A DNA stretch of 64,000 nucleotides from Fistulifera solaris (lineage: Eukaryota), in contig AP026149.1 of the NCBI GenBank assembly GCA_030295235.1, positions 372,001 through 436,000 of the forward strand, written 5' to 3'. Below the pieces are notes generated by a model. That model saw only the letters and a list, made by a program, of their open reading frames with translations, did not search any database and was not told the origin of the DNA. Position 1 is the stretch's first letter. The number at the start of each line of letters is the position of its first letter. This document shows, piece after piece, positions 36,223 to 49,161 of the stretch. The position numbers were made by a program, and so were the translations under genes.

Positions 36223-36651
36223 TCATGATTGCTTCGACTCGTACTGAGCCGGAGTCCATGTTTTCATTGACAACGCGTGGATCCTTGGTATGAACTCTAC
36301 CAGCGCATCATTTACCATACGATGCCTTTTAATCAAAGGAACGCCTTCAAATTGAGGGCTCACAACAATCAGATCTAACTTGGCATTCCCGTCACATTCT
36401 TCTTGAGACGCATTGTGGTCGACGCACTCGACGTGCGACGCATTGAGCGCATGTAAACACTGTCAGATATCAGTTTGTCAGTTAAAATTAAAAGTACTGT
36501 ACACATAAGGATTGTTATAATAACAGCCCGAGGCATACATGAAACTTGAAGTGGTCTCACAGCGATAACGATGCGTTGCGAACCGCAGGAAAACGTGCTC
36601 AGTTAAAATAGCGTGGCTTACCTTCTCTTTGACTTGATCTGCGATCGTCAT
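36223..36651 (-). CDS. BolA family protein (absent from the ORF track)
   Basis: Exon 1 MTIADQVKEK (36651-36622), intron 36621-36460, exon 2 CLHALNASHVECVD...LIVVSPQFEGVPLIKRHRMVNDAL...IHALSMKTWTPAQYESKQS-stop. Confidence 0.9.
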
Positions 36652-37063
36652 ATCTGCTATGTTAACGATGTACTCGAACTATTTGCCCAAAAGCTATATT
36701 GACTTTACAAATGAATAATCCATTTTACATAATCATCGTCGCATACGTCGTTCGTCGAAAACATTACTGCTGGTAATTCGTCCATTCGTGATGTGCGCTA
36801 AGAGGGAATTTTTACTATCCAATGAAAAGTGCATTACCATTGTCGTGACCCAATCTATTTGCAGTCCCGTAATCATTCGATCTACTATGGGTTCAAGTGT
36901 AGGATTTCCGAAGCCACGACTGAATCTTCAGTCATGCGCAGGGAACGTTTTTTGCGGTGATGGCAAGCACTATCGCAATGTGATAACAAAGTCAACCATA
37001 ATAACTCACGCTGTTAAATAACAGAGTCTATTAACAATAACGCTGCAGAAATCGGAGTGGAGG

Positions 37064-38839
37064 ATGACGGCATGTCGCCCGACCTCCTTGTCTCAACCAC
37101 GGTTACGTCAATGGTTACGTTTCCTATTTCTTTGTTACTGGGCCAGTACTGTAACAGTCTCCGTAATGTGCCTTCCATTGGGCTCTCGAATAAGGGGTGC
37201 GTCCTCTTGCATACCTGTCTATCTGCATTATCGCAACTATGGGAAGCTCTCTGATTCTGCATCCCCGAACGAAGAACTGAAAATGACTCGAAAGAAGGTA
37301 AAAGCCAAGCGAACTGCAAACAAAAGCGAGAAAAACATAATAACCCAGAGAAAATACGCTGAAAATAGTGTTGTGACAAGAATAGCGAAAGCATCGGCTC
37401 TGCGAAATGCGGAACGAAACGCAAAGCAAGCAGCAGCGGTACGACCACCCAGTCAGTCCATGTCATCATCGCAGCCTCGATTGGGGAGTTTGACCTCACT
37501 GACTGCCGCCATCGACAAACAACTCATCGGACGGTCTTCGACAGGTCCAGGACTGAGAAACTCACTCGGTCGGCCTCGTCTGTTGAGTGATTCCTCGATG
37601 ACTTCCGTCGTTCAATACAATTCACAGCAGGAGTTTATGGACAATATATCCCCCGACGCTTCACTCTCTTTAATGAACCGCCGTCATATAGAAGTGATGA
37701 AGCATGTCGCAGTTGTTTTGCCCGTCCATTGATTGACAGCCTAATCACAGTTGAGTACGCGAGCCGAATCCGACGTTTAGTAAAAGCTCTCAAGTTTGAG
37801 GAATACAACCCCGATCTTGTTTGTTTTGTGGAGACGGAAACGGTGCGGCACACCTGTCTCGCGAAGAAAAGTAAAGTGCCCGCAAGTAGTGCTGGCTATA
37901 TATTCTTCCGGCATTTGTGTGCTGCACAAGGGGTATCCTTAAAGAGCAATTTGGAGGTTTATATCCAAGGGGTCGACCATCCAAGAAGTCCTTCGTCGGC
38001 ACATACTGAAGATCCTGAATTCGACTCCAGCTTGCGCGACGACGTTCCTCTCGATCCCGAATATCTTGCGTTGGTTGGTGTAACAGACATTCTAGATCAT
38101 TCTTATTTGCCGGCGTGGCGGCAAGAGGCAAAACGATTAAGAGTGAAGGTGTCGTTGGTCTCGTCAGACTATCATATCTGTCAGATCCACGATGTACAAC
38201 AAAGGTCGCCGCGTCAAAGTGCTCTCCGGGCGTTAAATACTGTCACAAAACCATCAAATACAACTGTCGAAACGAAATGGTCATTCATGTACACAACCAC
38301 GGCGCCTATCCTCTCAAAAAGACAAGGTGCAAGGATTCTTTTATAAGTGTTACATCACCGCGCAGCAGCTGTATCCAGTGGTAATAAACTTGCGTGGCGT
38401 AGCCAACAATCGGGAATTTTTCCAGCGAGAGAACTATTTGTCGCTGGTTTCGGCTCGGCGATCACTGGTGACAGACATGGAACGTATTTACAATGTTCAG
38501 CCGTCCCTAAAATCAGTTCATCATCTATCCATTTATTCGGGAAATCGCGTCGATGAGACACAAACTGAAACTAAGAAACCCGTCGATGTAGTACTGGAGA
38601 GCGCCCTTTTGTCTTTGGGGCGATGTTGCGATCTGGTTCGTCCAGCAGGCTTGTTGACTGGTAGTGTGACCTCTGCCGACTGGAAACTGGCATATTCTAT
38701 ACTCGAGCAAGCCGTCGATCAGATCTTAATAACTTGTGACCCTGATGAACCTTTGGACCCATTGGAATGGGGAAAGTTAGCCGAAGAAAGAATATTCAAC
38801 ATCACAGTAGGCGTAGAAACAGAAGTTGACCAATTTTAG
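37064..38839 (+). CDS. Hypothetical protein with weak DUF218/YdcF-like features, split by indels near 37720 and 38340
   Basis: Three consecutive overlapping ORFs; EYASRI..L, LVCF and VSLVSSDYH resemble the DUF218 core. The family call is tentative. Confidence 0.55.
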
Positions 38840-39692
38840 GTACAATAGAAATACGTCGTTGATTTTCAAAGGCCCCACGTCCCAATGAAAATGATCACGA
38901 CGCGATGGAAGGAATTATCAAACACCCTATTCTACTAGGGAGTGTCTTTAGACTGTCGACTTTAGTGCTATGTGAAGGATGTTGTTCTTTATCACAACAG
39001 TTCTAGCTAAAGGCATCACCGCAGAGTTAGCGTGCTGCTATTTTCGCATTCATTAAAAAAGCTCACTACAGCTTGATAATAGTACGCTGTACTAGTTAGT
39101 TTTAAGCGATCAGAGTGATCAACGATGTCCTCGTTCTTCTCTCAAGCTCTTTTCGTGGTCAAATGACCTGTAGTCCTGATTAGAACGGCCTTGCACGACT
39201 AGGCATGCATTCTACCTATTAGTTTTCAAAACGCTAGCTGCAAGAGAAACGAAAAATAAATGAACGAAAGGAATTAACGACTGAACGATGATTCACGCGA
39301 GTTGCGAAGCTTATTTGCACGTTGAGTGTCGAGGGAATCTCAAATTCGGCCCAATGAACAATGGCCTTATGACCGCGCAAGGTCAAACAGCAATGACTTT
39401 TTGTTAGGGTTGTATTTGACTTTAAGTACAATCTATGAAAATACGACAAGAAACAGAAATGCAACTATCATTGAAAAAGCAGTAATGCCTCTCGAAAAGC
39501 TTCCGACTTACGGCGCAAAGTGTTTCTTTACGTAGTATGATCAGGCACTTTGGCGCTTTTTGAGTTTTGTAGAATTATCATGGTCATCGCAACAAACAAC
39601 AAGCTCAAACATCGATGTCAACACGAAAACTGCTGTGATCCATTGAAACGAAATAAAATCCAACCAACGATTTGTATAACTCATACGATACA

Positions 39693-41468
39693 ATGTTTGC
39701 TTTAAATTGCTTGCTGATATTGGCTTCATCGATCCATCTGACTCTTTCATTGGCGCCATCTTCATTCAACCATATTGAGCCAGTTCAAGCTTTACGACAA
39801 AAACTCATCGAAGATACAAACGTTCCCAAGCGTACCGATGCAGACAAATGTCGATCAATAAGTTCGCAGGACTGTCGAAATCTGGTTGATAGCCTGGGTC
39901 GACAGCTAGCGGAACGCCGTCTGAATCCCTCCATAGGTGACAATATTAGAGTGATCGTTTTGCTTATCAAATTCTCTGATCATACCACCCGAGATTTACC
40001 GTCCAGAGAATACTTCGAAGAGTTCTTTAACGGAGAAGGCTCTGAGCTCGGCTCTGTAAAAGAGTGGATGCGCTTCAATAGTGTGGGCCGATACCGAGTT
40101 CATTTTACTGTTCGAGAATGGGCTACTCTACCTAACACGGAAAAATTCTATGCTGCCGGAAATTCGGCTTGGAATACCGATTTTAATCCAGTGGTGGCAC
40201 CTTTGTTAGACGAAATAGACAACGATCCGAACCATAAATGGTCGCCAGACTACATTGACGAGTTCGGCAAGCTAAACCATCTAATCGTGGTTCATTCGGG
40301 CTACATGGCTGAAGTAGGTGAGTACGAGTGTGTGTTTCTTCGCATTCATTTGCACTCTATCACACTCATTCTTTTCATCGATAGGAGACTTAAAATGTCT
40401 TGCGTCCAATCCAAACAAGGCAGATCGAATCTGGTCCAGCGGAGGGAACGGAGAGGGTACTGGTGCGCCTGATGCATGGCGATCTAAAGATTTTTATGAG
40501 GTAGGGGGCATGGCGCTTCTATCTGCCTTTAGCATTCCATCGTGCGACAAATCGGGTGCCTTTCAAGTAGAGCCTGCGGCACTTGGGCCGTTTGTCCACG
40601 AATTTAGTCACGGCTTCGGGCTTCCCGATTTGTACGACTTGAATGTGCCTCCTCTGGGTGGTATCGGAAAGTTCTCCAACATGGCAAGTAGTCAAGGTTG
40701 GGACTTTTCACCAAAAACTCCGGGTCACATGGATGGATGGTCTCGTGCACGAATCGGATGGGTGGATTATATCGACATTGAATTTGATGGTTATTATGCC
40801 ATCCAACCTTTGGAGGTATCGGGACAGGTCTATCGAATCACCAAAGGATACCCCGAGGGAGAATACCTTGTAATTGAAAACAAACAGCCCATCAAATATG
40901 ATTCCGACATGCCAGCTGGCACTGGTGGTAAGTGTTTATAGAAGCGCGCAATGTGTATGTTTATGAGAAATCTCTCTCTTACACAAAAACAGGAATCGTA
41001 ATTTTTCATGTGGACGAGAAAGCTGACCGTCAAAAGAACGCGGGATTTCCAGGCAAGTCGGGATGGCCAGCAGATCACTATCGCGTCGCCGTCCAGCAGG
41101 CTGACGGAAACTACGACATTGAAAAGGGGGTGAATCTGGGAGACGAAGGAGATTTCTATCGCAAAGGAAGTAAACTCAGCTCGGGTGGCGATTTTCCGAA
41201 CACTGACTCGTACCAAGGTGGTGTCATCAAAAGCACGGGAATCAAAATTGAAGTTGTGACGGATAGTCAGTTCATCATGGCGTTCCACGTGACCGGGTTA
41301 GGACAGCGGACACTCGATATGCAGGCGTCGTCCGTCGGATCAACAGAAGGCGATGTTGAAGGCAAGCCATTCTTGAGAGAAGGTACCCCCAGAGCTACCG
41401 TGGCGTGGATCTTAGGAATGTTTATGAGTGTCAGTCTGATGCTAGGCATGCTTCTCCTTTTCCTATAA
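39693..41468 (+). CDS. M6 family (immune inhibitor A-like) metalloprotease, paralog 1
   Basis: Signal peptide; VLLIKFSDH, HLIVVHSG, HEFSHGFGLPDLYD, GEYLVIENKQ, GIVIFHVDE, QADGNYDIE, C-terminal TM. Introns 40318-40384 and 40928-40992. Confidence 0.88.
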
Positions 41469-42294
41469 ATGGTTCCCTTTGCTTCAATATTCTCGAGAAC
41501 CAATTCAAATTACACCGCAGAGAAAAACTTTACCTTGAGAAGCAAAAATCCTTTGAATCATTCGATGATTGTCAAGAGACGAAGATAGTCGAAATATTTA
41601 TGACACCCTTCACATCGTTGCAATGGAAGAAGCGATATTTCTTTTCCCATAGAGCTAAATAAGGGTTGACGTTAAGCACTCATGGCAGCTCTTTTCATGA
41701 TCATCATGTATTGGTTTGTGGCAGCAAAGTTGTTGGCTTTCGAATCGATTGGTAATTATGTGACACCTTAATCTATTGACGCGCGCTTGATGCTTGATCA
41801 AAGCCCAGCCGAGACATGACATCCCTTTTCTGTTTCCATTTTTCTGATAGTTCGCAGTAGCCGTAGCTACCCAGTAAATTATTACTTATAAACAATAGAT
41901 AGTGAGAAGTAGGGAAGTTAAACCGAAGTCTCTACCTTTTTTGCTGGACAGCTTTTGTCCGTTATGTAAAGTGAATCTCAGTCGCAGGTAAAACTACATC
42001 CAATTTGATACGAAAAGCAAAGTATTAAGTATGGTGTACGATTCGAGTTGATATTCACCCAAGGAAATCACTTTAAGGCTAGTATATATCAGTACAAAGT
42101 ATGCAGCGCCACCCAGTCAGCAGTACTAAAATCACACCCAAGAAAGAATGGGACTTTCGCCCGTGTTCTGTTTTTCGCCTCGAAAACTAAAGCGTCGATC
42201 ATGTCCACCCCCCACGACACGTTCGAACAATGATTTATTATGGCGACAAAACCGATCGACTCATTTATCGTCGCGTTTGTCATTTACACTGAAT

Positions 42295-44248
42295 ATGATC
42301 TTCGCGTTATCATTGTTACTGTCACTGAGGACAGCATGGTGTCTAGCCCCACCGTTGTTTCATGATGAGTGGGAATCAGTCGACGAAATGAGGGCACGGC
42401 TGGAAATCGATTACAATTATGAACCCCGATACGTCGACAGCGAGCATTGTCGGTTTTTAACGGAAGCCGAGTGCGAAGACTTTGATCAAGATTATGGTCG
42501 TCAGCTAAGAGAGCGTCGTCTAAACCCATCCGAGGGAGATTTCAAAGTTTTGGTTTTACTGATCAAATTTTCGGATCATGCCGACAAGGAAGTACCACCT
42601 CGAGAATATTACGAGGAATTGTTTAATGGGAGCGGGCCAAGTGACATCAACGAAGTGGGTTCCATGAAAGACTGGCTCAATACGAATAGTATGGGGAAAT
42701 ACAAGGTTCAATTCGATGTTCGAGATTGGGAGGTGGCGCCCAACACAGAATCGTTCTATGCAGCCGGAAACGCCGGAAGGACTTCGGACCTGCAAGAAAT
42801 TTACAGAGATGTGTTGACGAAAATTGATAACGAAGGATCAGTCACTTTTACAGACGGATACATTGACACGGACGGCTTCTGTAAGTGCGACTTTTGGAAA
42901 GGTTGTTTCATTTCGCTTTTGTATTCTTCTGACCCTTTGCCGTCTCTGCTGCAGTGAACCACTTGGTGGTCATCCATTCCGGTATCATGGCTGAAATTGG
43001 GGATTTGTCGTGCATCGAAACTAGTTTCATGGATCGTATTTGGGCATCTGGCTCTTACTCTCCCAAAGGTGGGGACAATGTGTGGCGATCCAAAGACTGG
43101 TTCGAAGTCGGAGGTCTTGTTATTGCATCGGCTTTCGACGCACCCGCTTGCAATAAGAACACGGGCGAGTTGATACTCGAACCAGTCAAGCTTGGAGTCT
43201 TTGCGCATGAATATTGTGTAAGTAAATAAATGAGAAAGCTGCACTGTACTACATGTGAGGAGGATGTGTTCTCTTACAATTTGTCGACTCATTACAGCAC
43301 GGTTTCGGTCTTGTCGATCTATACGATCAGGGACAGCAAAAGCTAGTCGTTGGAGGTATCGGAAGGTAAGTATTTTACTATGAATAGTAATTGTCTACAA
43401 TGAGTTCCTGTGCGTGTCTAATCTAGTCATTAGGTTCGGAATCATGGCCTCGTCTCAGGGCTGGGATATCTCGCTAGCGACTCCTGGTCATTTGTCTGGT
43501 TGGTCCAGAGAAAGGATCGGTTGGATGGAGTCCATTACTATTGAAAAGGACGGGTACTACGCTCTACAGCCGATGGAAATTTCAAGCTCTGCTTACAAAA
43601 TTACTCACGGTTATCCAGACGGCGAATACCTGTTAATTGAAAATAAGTACCCGATGCTATACGACAAGGACGTCGAACAGGTATGTTTCAATTTTTAACA
43701 GTCGATATGCGGGTGATGATCGATCGCCTCTCACGCTTTCTTGTTTAGGGTGGCATTGTGGTTTATCATGTGGATGACACGAAAGATGGCCAAAGAGAGC
43801 GAAGTTATCCAGGAGGAGAGGGTTGGCCCGCAAAGCATTACCGCGTTGCTGTCGTCCAAGCCGACGGACAATTTCACCTTGAAAAAGGTACCGATTACGG
43901 AACAAAGACAGACTTTTTCACGAAAGGAATGATGCTCGGATCGGGGGTGACCAGCCCAACACCGATGGCTATCAGAGTGGTGTTCTGACTCCGACTGGAA
44001 TATCTATTGAGATAATGTCCAATCCGAGCTTTTTGGTTGTAATTCGAGTGAGTGGATTTAATTCACGGTCGGCCGGTTTGAATTTGGATCCATCCGATGG
44101 TATTGCGGTCGACGACAAGGCGTCAGAGTCACCCGTCGATTTCGATGGCGATTATTCGGCCAAGACATCATCGGAGGTATTACGATGGGTTCTTGCCTTG
44201 TTTTCAGGGCTAGGTCTTATGGTTGGCCTGGCGATTGCTGTTTTGTAA
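42295..44248 (+). CDS. M6 family (immune inhibitor A-like) metalloprotease, paralog 2
   Basis: Signal peptide; VLLIKFSDH, HEYC|HGFGLVDLYD, GEYLLIENK, QADGQFHLE, C-terminal TM. Introns 42881-42954, 43218-43297, 43366-43433, 43681-43748; one G missing near 43945. Confidence 0.88.
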
Positions 44249-44570
44249 ATCATGTGTACCAATCTGTGATAATAGTAACAACGTTTTATTCATACGAAGT
44301 AGTGTTGGTTGGCTCCCATCGCCAAGCGCGACTAGAAAAACCCCGACCGTGAGATCCATTCGATAGATCGTTTTCGATACGATAAAACTACGTAGCGCAA
44401 TCTGGAAGCCTAGAGTCTGGTGTGAATCATCATTGCAAACGTTAGTACGTAGAAATGAAACAGTCATTCCGTCCACTAGAAACGTTTCGTGAAATTATGA
44501 AAATGTAAAATCATCATGAATGAAACGCATCATAAAATTATGAATTGTAAAATCGTATCAGCAACAACAA

Positions 44571-44644
44571 GCAGTCGTGGTCTAGTTGGTTATGACGCAT
44601 CCTTAACACGGATGAGGTCGTGCGTTCGATTCGCGCCGATTGTA
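44571..44644 (+). tRNA. tRNA-Val(AAC): tRNA-Val (anticodon AAC)
   Basis: Acceptor stem GCAGTCG/CGATTGT, D-arm with TGGTCTAGTTGG A-box, anticodon arm CATCC-TTAACAC-GGATG, T-loop GTTCGATTC, followed by a TTTTT Pol III terminator. Confidence 0.95.
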
Positions 44645-44957
44645 TTTTTAACATTTTGCTGCAACTGATAAAGTATACTCTGATACAAAGTGTACACTTC
44701 ATATTTCTGACTTATTGCGGAAGTGAGCAATGACTTTTTCATTTCGCAGTACGTGCCTTTATCCTAAAGTGACTGGAGCCGACACTCCTTTTCGTCTCGG
44801 CTCATTGCCCAGCTTTGCCGTTCCCGCTAAATAAATTATCACGTCGTCCACCCCACCATGGCGATCTTTGAATGTTGCTGCAGCGTCGATTCACCTGTAT
44901 TATTGCTTCCTTACCTTTATTTGTAATTCACGTATCCAAATCTACTCATAATAAACA

Positions 44958-46190
44958 ATGGGCACGATCGATATCACTCTTCTTTCCGCACGAACGGGAC
45001 AATCGGAAGTTTTGACGGTCGATCCTTCCGTCATGACGGTCGGTCAATTGCTCGAATTGGGTCAAGCGCTGTTACCGGATGTTCATCCCACGAGCGATCA
45101 ATTGCTGCGCGATGGACGTGTCTTGCGTGTCGAACAAACACTGGCACAAGAAGGGGTCCAAAGAAACGATATGCTGGTCATTCAACCGCGGCCGCAGCCA
45201 TCAGCCGCCGGCGGACTCGACTTTTCGAGTCTCTTGAATGCGGCACCGACTCCACCGACGACTTCCTCTTCCATCGAACCCTTTGTGTATTATCCCTCCA
45301 TGAGTTTTGAAGAAGCGGCCGCGTACAATCCGCATCCACGCAACATGGTGCAACTGCTATTCGCCAAGGAGCATTTGTGGAAAGAATTGCATTATCACAA
45401 TCCCAAATTAGGAATGGCCTTGGGGGCCGTTCGGAATAATTTAGAGGAAGCGGTCCGTGTGTGGCAACAATACGTGGTACAAGGCAGTATTCAAAAGGCA
45501 CTGCTACAGACTCAACACTATCATCGAGACCGTGACATGAAAGAGCGTTTGCAGCGCAATCCCAACGACGCCGAAGCCGTCGAGTATTTCCGTCAACAAG
45601 ACAACAAAAAGTTGGTGCAGCAACAATACCTGCAAATGATGGAAGAATATCCGGAATCATTATCGAAAGTTCTCATGTTGTACATTCCCGCTCGCATCAA
45701 TGGACACGAAGTTCAGGCTTTTGTGATTCCGGAGCGCAAATGACCATTATGAGTAAAAAAAGTCGCCATGGAATGTGGTATTTTTGATATGTTGGATGAT
45801 CGTTTTCAAGGGATTGCCTCGGGAGTCGGGACGGGCAAAATCTTGGGTCGCATTCATTTGGTGCAATTGCAATTACAATCCCCCGATGGTGTGCAGTACC
45901 ATTTTCACTGCACTATTACCGTCATGGACGATGCGGTGGAAGGAGCCAAAGACATGCCGTTTTTACTCGGACTTGACATGATGAAGCGACATCAATGTCA
46001 AATTGATTTGGAAAAAGGTGTATTGCGCTTTCGCATTCCACCCACGCAGCATTTGGAAGTAGCGTTTTTGCACGAAAAAGATTTAGACGAGAGTCAAGGT
46101 GGCACAAAAGGATTTGATGCTGCTTTGGCGAATGCGAGGTGGATGCAAGAAGACGAAGGAAAAAATCAAGATGCGCTTGATGAATCATGA
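44958..46190 (+). CDS. DDI1: DNA-damage-inducible protein 1 (UBL plus retroviral-like aspartyl protease)
   Basis: N-terminal UBL; EYPES..KVLMLYI...NG..V.AFV(D)SGAQMTIMS with one G missing near 45723; GVGTGKILGRIH, LLGLDMMKRHQCQIDL. Confidence 0.92.
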
Positions 46191-46272
46191 GTATAGTGTA
46201 ACGGCTGGCATATTATTGATTGCTCCTTTTGATTTTTCGATTTGTGAGTATATCGAGTCGTATTACTTTGTT

Positions 46273-47040
46273 CTATTTTAACGGGTGGATTTCTCCGTCA
46301 ATTTCGAGAAACACGCAATTTCCCGGAACTTGGAATTGATCCACAATGAGTTCCGCTGCATCGTAAACATGATCTCCCTGCACAATGATACTCTTGTCTT
46401 TCACACTCGAACTACCGGCGAATTTCTTAGAGAATGTTTTCGATACATCCTTGAGTTTGACATTGGGTACAGTCTCCATTCCATGAACAATTGTCATGAA
46501 TTTCTTGCGTTTTTGTGTTTGTTTCTGAATGACGATACGAATAGCGGATGTTTCCGAGGATTTGGCTTTGACGCCACGGCGTTTGCGACCCGGTACCATT
46601 GCATCTTCGTCATCGTCCTCGTCGTCGTCACTATCTTCTTCGTCGTCACTATCCGCGTCAAACGGATCTTCCGGTTCGGGTCCGTATTTTTTGACGAGTG
46701 CCGAAAAGAGATTCTCTTCGTTTCCGGCATACTTTTCCAGCAACCCCGGAATACTTTCAATCTTTTCGGGGACATATTTTTCGTAAAAGGCCGTTAATCG
46801 CTGTTCGGTGGTCCACGGTTCACTGGGTTTCGGAGGTTTTACGGCGACCACTTTACTGCCGTACAATTTCGCGTGTGTTTCCGGATGATATTTCTTGAGC
46901 CACGGCAAACAGTGCGTCTCAAAATCCGGACCGTATTCGCAATATTCCGGCGGCATGCCGCATTTGTCGCAGTACAAAACTACTTGCCGTGGTAAGATGG
47001 CGTTGCTTTCTGCGTCTTCTTCTACTTCATGAATGACCAT
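46273..47040 (-). CDS. DENR: Density-regulated protein DENR/TMA22 (SUI1 domain) with an inserted helical domain
   Basis: YC..CGMPPEYCEYG zinc motif; RKK..T.V.G, KKFAGSSSV, IIVQGD. Confidence 0.88.
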   Translation of the reverse strand: MVIHEVEEDAESNAILPRQVVLYCDKCGMPPEYCEYGPDFETHCLPWLKKYHPETHAKLYGSKVVAVKPPKPSEPWTTEQRLTAFYEKYVPEKIESIPGLLEKYAGNEENLFSALVKKYGPEPEDPFDADSDDEEDSDDDEDDDEDAMVPGRKRRGVKAKSSETSAIRIVIQKQTQKRKKFMTIVHGMETVPNVKLKDVSKTFSKKFAGSSSVKDKSIIVQGDHVYDAAELIVDQFQVPGNCVFLEIDGEIHPLK

Positions 47041-47340
47041 TGTGTAAGTGTATTGTTAGATAAAATAATACGTAGTAGCTGTTTGCAATCTCTGATTGCA
47101 AAGTGATGGCGGGCACCAACTTCAATACGTATAGTAGGATAGCGCGTCAAATTTTTGGTTGTCGTTTTGCGTCGTACGGCTTAATTGGCGATGCCGGGCT
47201 GACGGCAAAACGCAAGACCACCATGTTGACTTAGCGGTACTGAAGAGTTGTTCTTGTTTTGTTTATTTTGCATCGAATATCCTCGAATCATCATCGATCG
47301 ATCGATCCTAAATGAATAATTATAGCCAAACAAAGCGATC

Positions 47341-49161
47341 ATGTTCTCATCGAAACATTGCATTTTCGTACTCACAGCTCTTTGGTACATACAGACTCGA
47401 GTCAATGGGTTCGTTTTACCCTTACTACGACCAAATATTGCTTCAGGACGAAGGTCTGCCTTCATGACGACTCCTCCTCCTCGACAGCATCGCCCCAATT
47501 TACAAACGTTATTTCTCAAGGAAACGACAGGACCTTTAAGACTGGCCTCACAGACAGAGAGTTTGCTCAACAATGATGATGATTTCAGCAATAACATCAC
47601 GCTAGGAAGTAACGATGAGAAAACGGCAGTAGTCTCATCACAAGAGGAAGACAGCCCATCATTCAGCGTGTCGAATGACACTGAGTCGTCAACTTCGTAT
47701 CAACTGCCCAGTTACCATCAATTAGTTGTCTACACGCTCGCGACTGTAGCCATATGGATGGCCGAACCCTTGTTGAGTTTGGTCGATACGACTGTCGTAG
47801 GATTGACACAAGGTGCAACTTCTACGGTACAAATTGCTTCCATGGGGCCCGCGACGACCCTCTTTGATTCCGTTCTATATGGGTGTTGGTTCTTGGCCGT
47901 AGCTACGACCAGTCAAGTAGCGCAAGCGCTGGCGAAGCAGGATTATCACGAATTACAAACGGTGGTTCGGAATGTGCTCGGTGTATCACTCAGTCTCGGA
48001 TTCGGTGTCACCGCGTTTCTCCTGCTGGGTGGACCTATCGTTCTGCACACGATGGTGCAAAGTTCGGCGTCGACACCATCGTTAGTACATTATGCATCGC
48101 AGTATACGCGAATCCGTGCTCTAGTAGCCATCCCCGCCATTGCCAGTCAAGTACTGCAGAGTACGTGTTTGGCGACACTGGATGTTCGGACACCGGCCAT
48201 TGCGGTTTTGGTGGCGTCGGTCGTCAATATTGTGGGAGATTTATTATTATCGCCCACGATGGGTGTCGTGGGTGCCGCATGGGCCACCGCCGCCGCTACC
48301 GTGGCAAGTACGGGTATTCTATTTCGTGCCGTCGTGAAACAAATGAAACAATGGGAGATGCAAGCAAACGAAAAAACAAGAATTGATACCTTGGACGACG
48401 AGGTTTTGAACGACAAAATTTCGATAGTGTCGGTCGCTAGTCTAGGAATTTTGGCCAAGGGATGGAATACGGTTTCATTTATGTTTTCGTTGCCAAATGG
48501 TCGACAATTCATGGAGCTACTTCGATTGTCGGGTCCTTTGTTCTATGCCATCAATGCAAAATTGGCATGCTACAGTGCGCTCACCATTCGGTGTGCTCCT
48601 TTTGGTGTGACGGCCTTGGCTGCGTTCAACATTATGATGCGAATCTTCTGCTCATTTGCTTGCTTTGGTTACTCTTTGAGCCAAGCCGCGCAGTCGTTCG
48701 TACCAGCAGCTTTATTGAGCAACGACGAAACGAAGAATTTTTGCGGGATTATGAAGCGTCTTCTGTTGATTGGTGCGATGATGGCGTTTGTCAACCAAGG
48801 TGCCACGTTCACTCTGAGCCAGTTTGGTCGTTTTTTTACAACCGACGCTGGAGTGATTTCTATGTTGCACGATTCCAATATGTTTCTTGGTCTCGCTCTA
48901 GTTCTTCATCCTGTGACGATGCTCCTTGAAGGAGCTGTGATTGGTATGCGTGATTTCAAGTCGCTGGTTGCAACGTACACCATTACTTTAGGTGTGCATT
49001 TGGGCGTTCTGAAACTTTTTACCAATTCTTTGTCCGAGGTATGGAGAGCGTTCTTCATCCTTCAGTTGGTCACAATGAGTTTGTATAGCGGCTGTATTTG
49101 GACAAGAAAGGTAGCAAAGAACAAAATAAAAATGAGCAATGACGCTTTGGTGACACTATAA
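47341..49161 (+). CDS. MATE efflux family transporter with bipartite (plastid-type) presequence
   Basis: EPLLSLVDTTVVG, ASMGPAT, VNIVGDLLL..MGVVGAAWAT, SLSQAAQSFVP; signal peptide ending VNG-FV. Confidence 0.85.
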   Translation: MFSSKHCIFVLTALWYIQTRVNGFVLPLLRPNIASGRRSAFMTTPPPRQHRPNLQTLFLKETTGPLRLASQTESLLNNDDDFSNNITLGSNDEKTAVVSSQEEDSPSFSVSNDTESSTSYQLPSYHQLVVYTLATVAIWMAEPLLSLVDTTVVGLTQGATSTVQIASMGPATTLFDSVLYGCWFLAVATTSQVAQALAKQDYHELQTVVRNVLGVSLSLGFGVTAFLLLGGPIVLHTMVQSSASTPSLVHYASQYTRIRALVAIPAIASQVLQSTCLATLDVRTPAIAVLVASVVNIVGDLLLSPTMGVVGAAWATAAATVASTGILFRAVVKQMKQWEMQANEKTRIDTLDDEVLNDKISIVSVASLGILAKGWNTVSFMFSLPNGRQFMELLRLSGPLFYAINAKLACYSALTIRCAPFGVTALAAFNIMMRIFCSFACFGYSLSQAAQSFVPAALLSNDETKNFCGIMKRLLLIGAMMAFVNQGATFTLSQFGRFFTTDAGVISMLHDSNMFLGLALVLHPVTMLLEGAVIGMRDFKSLVATYTITLGVHLGVLKLFTNSLSEVWRAFFILQLVTMSLYSGCIWTRKVAKNKIKMSNDALVTL

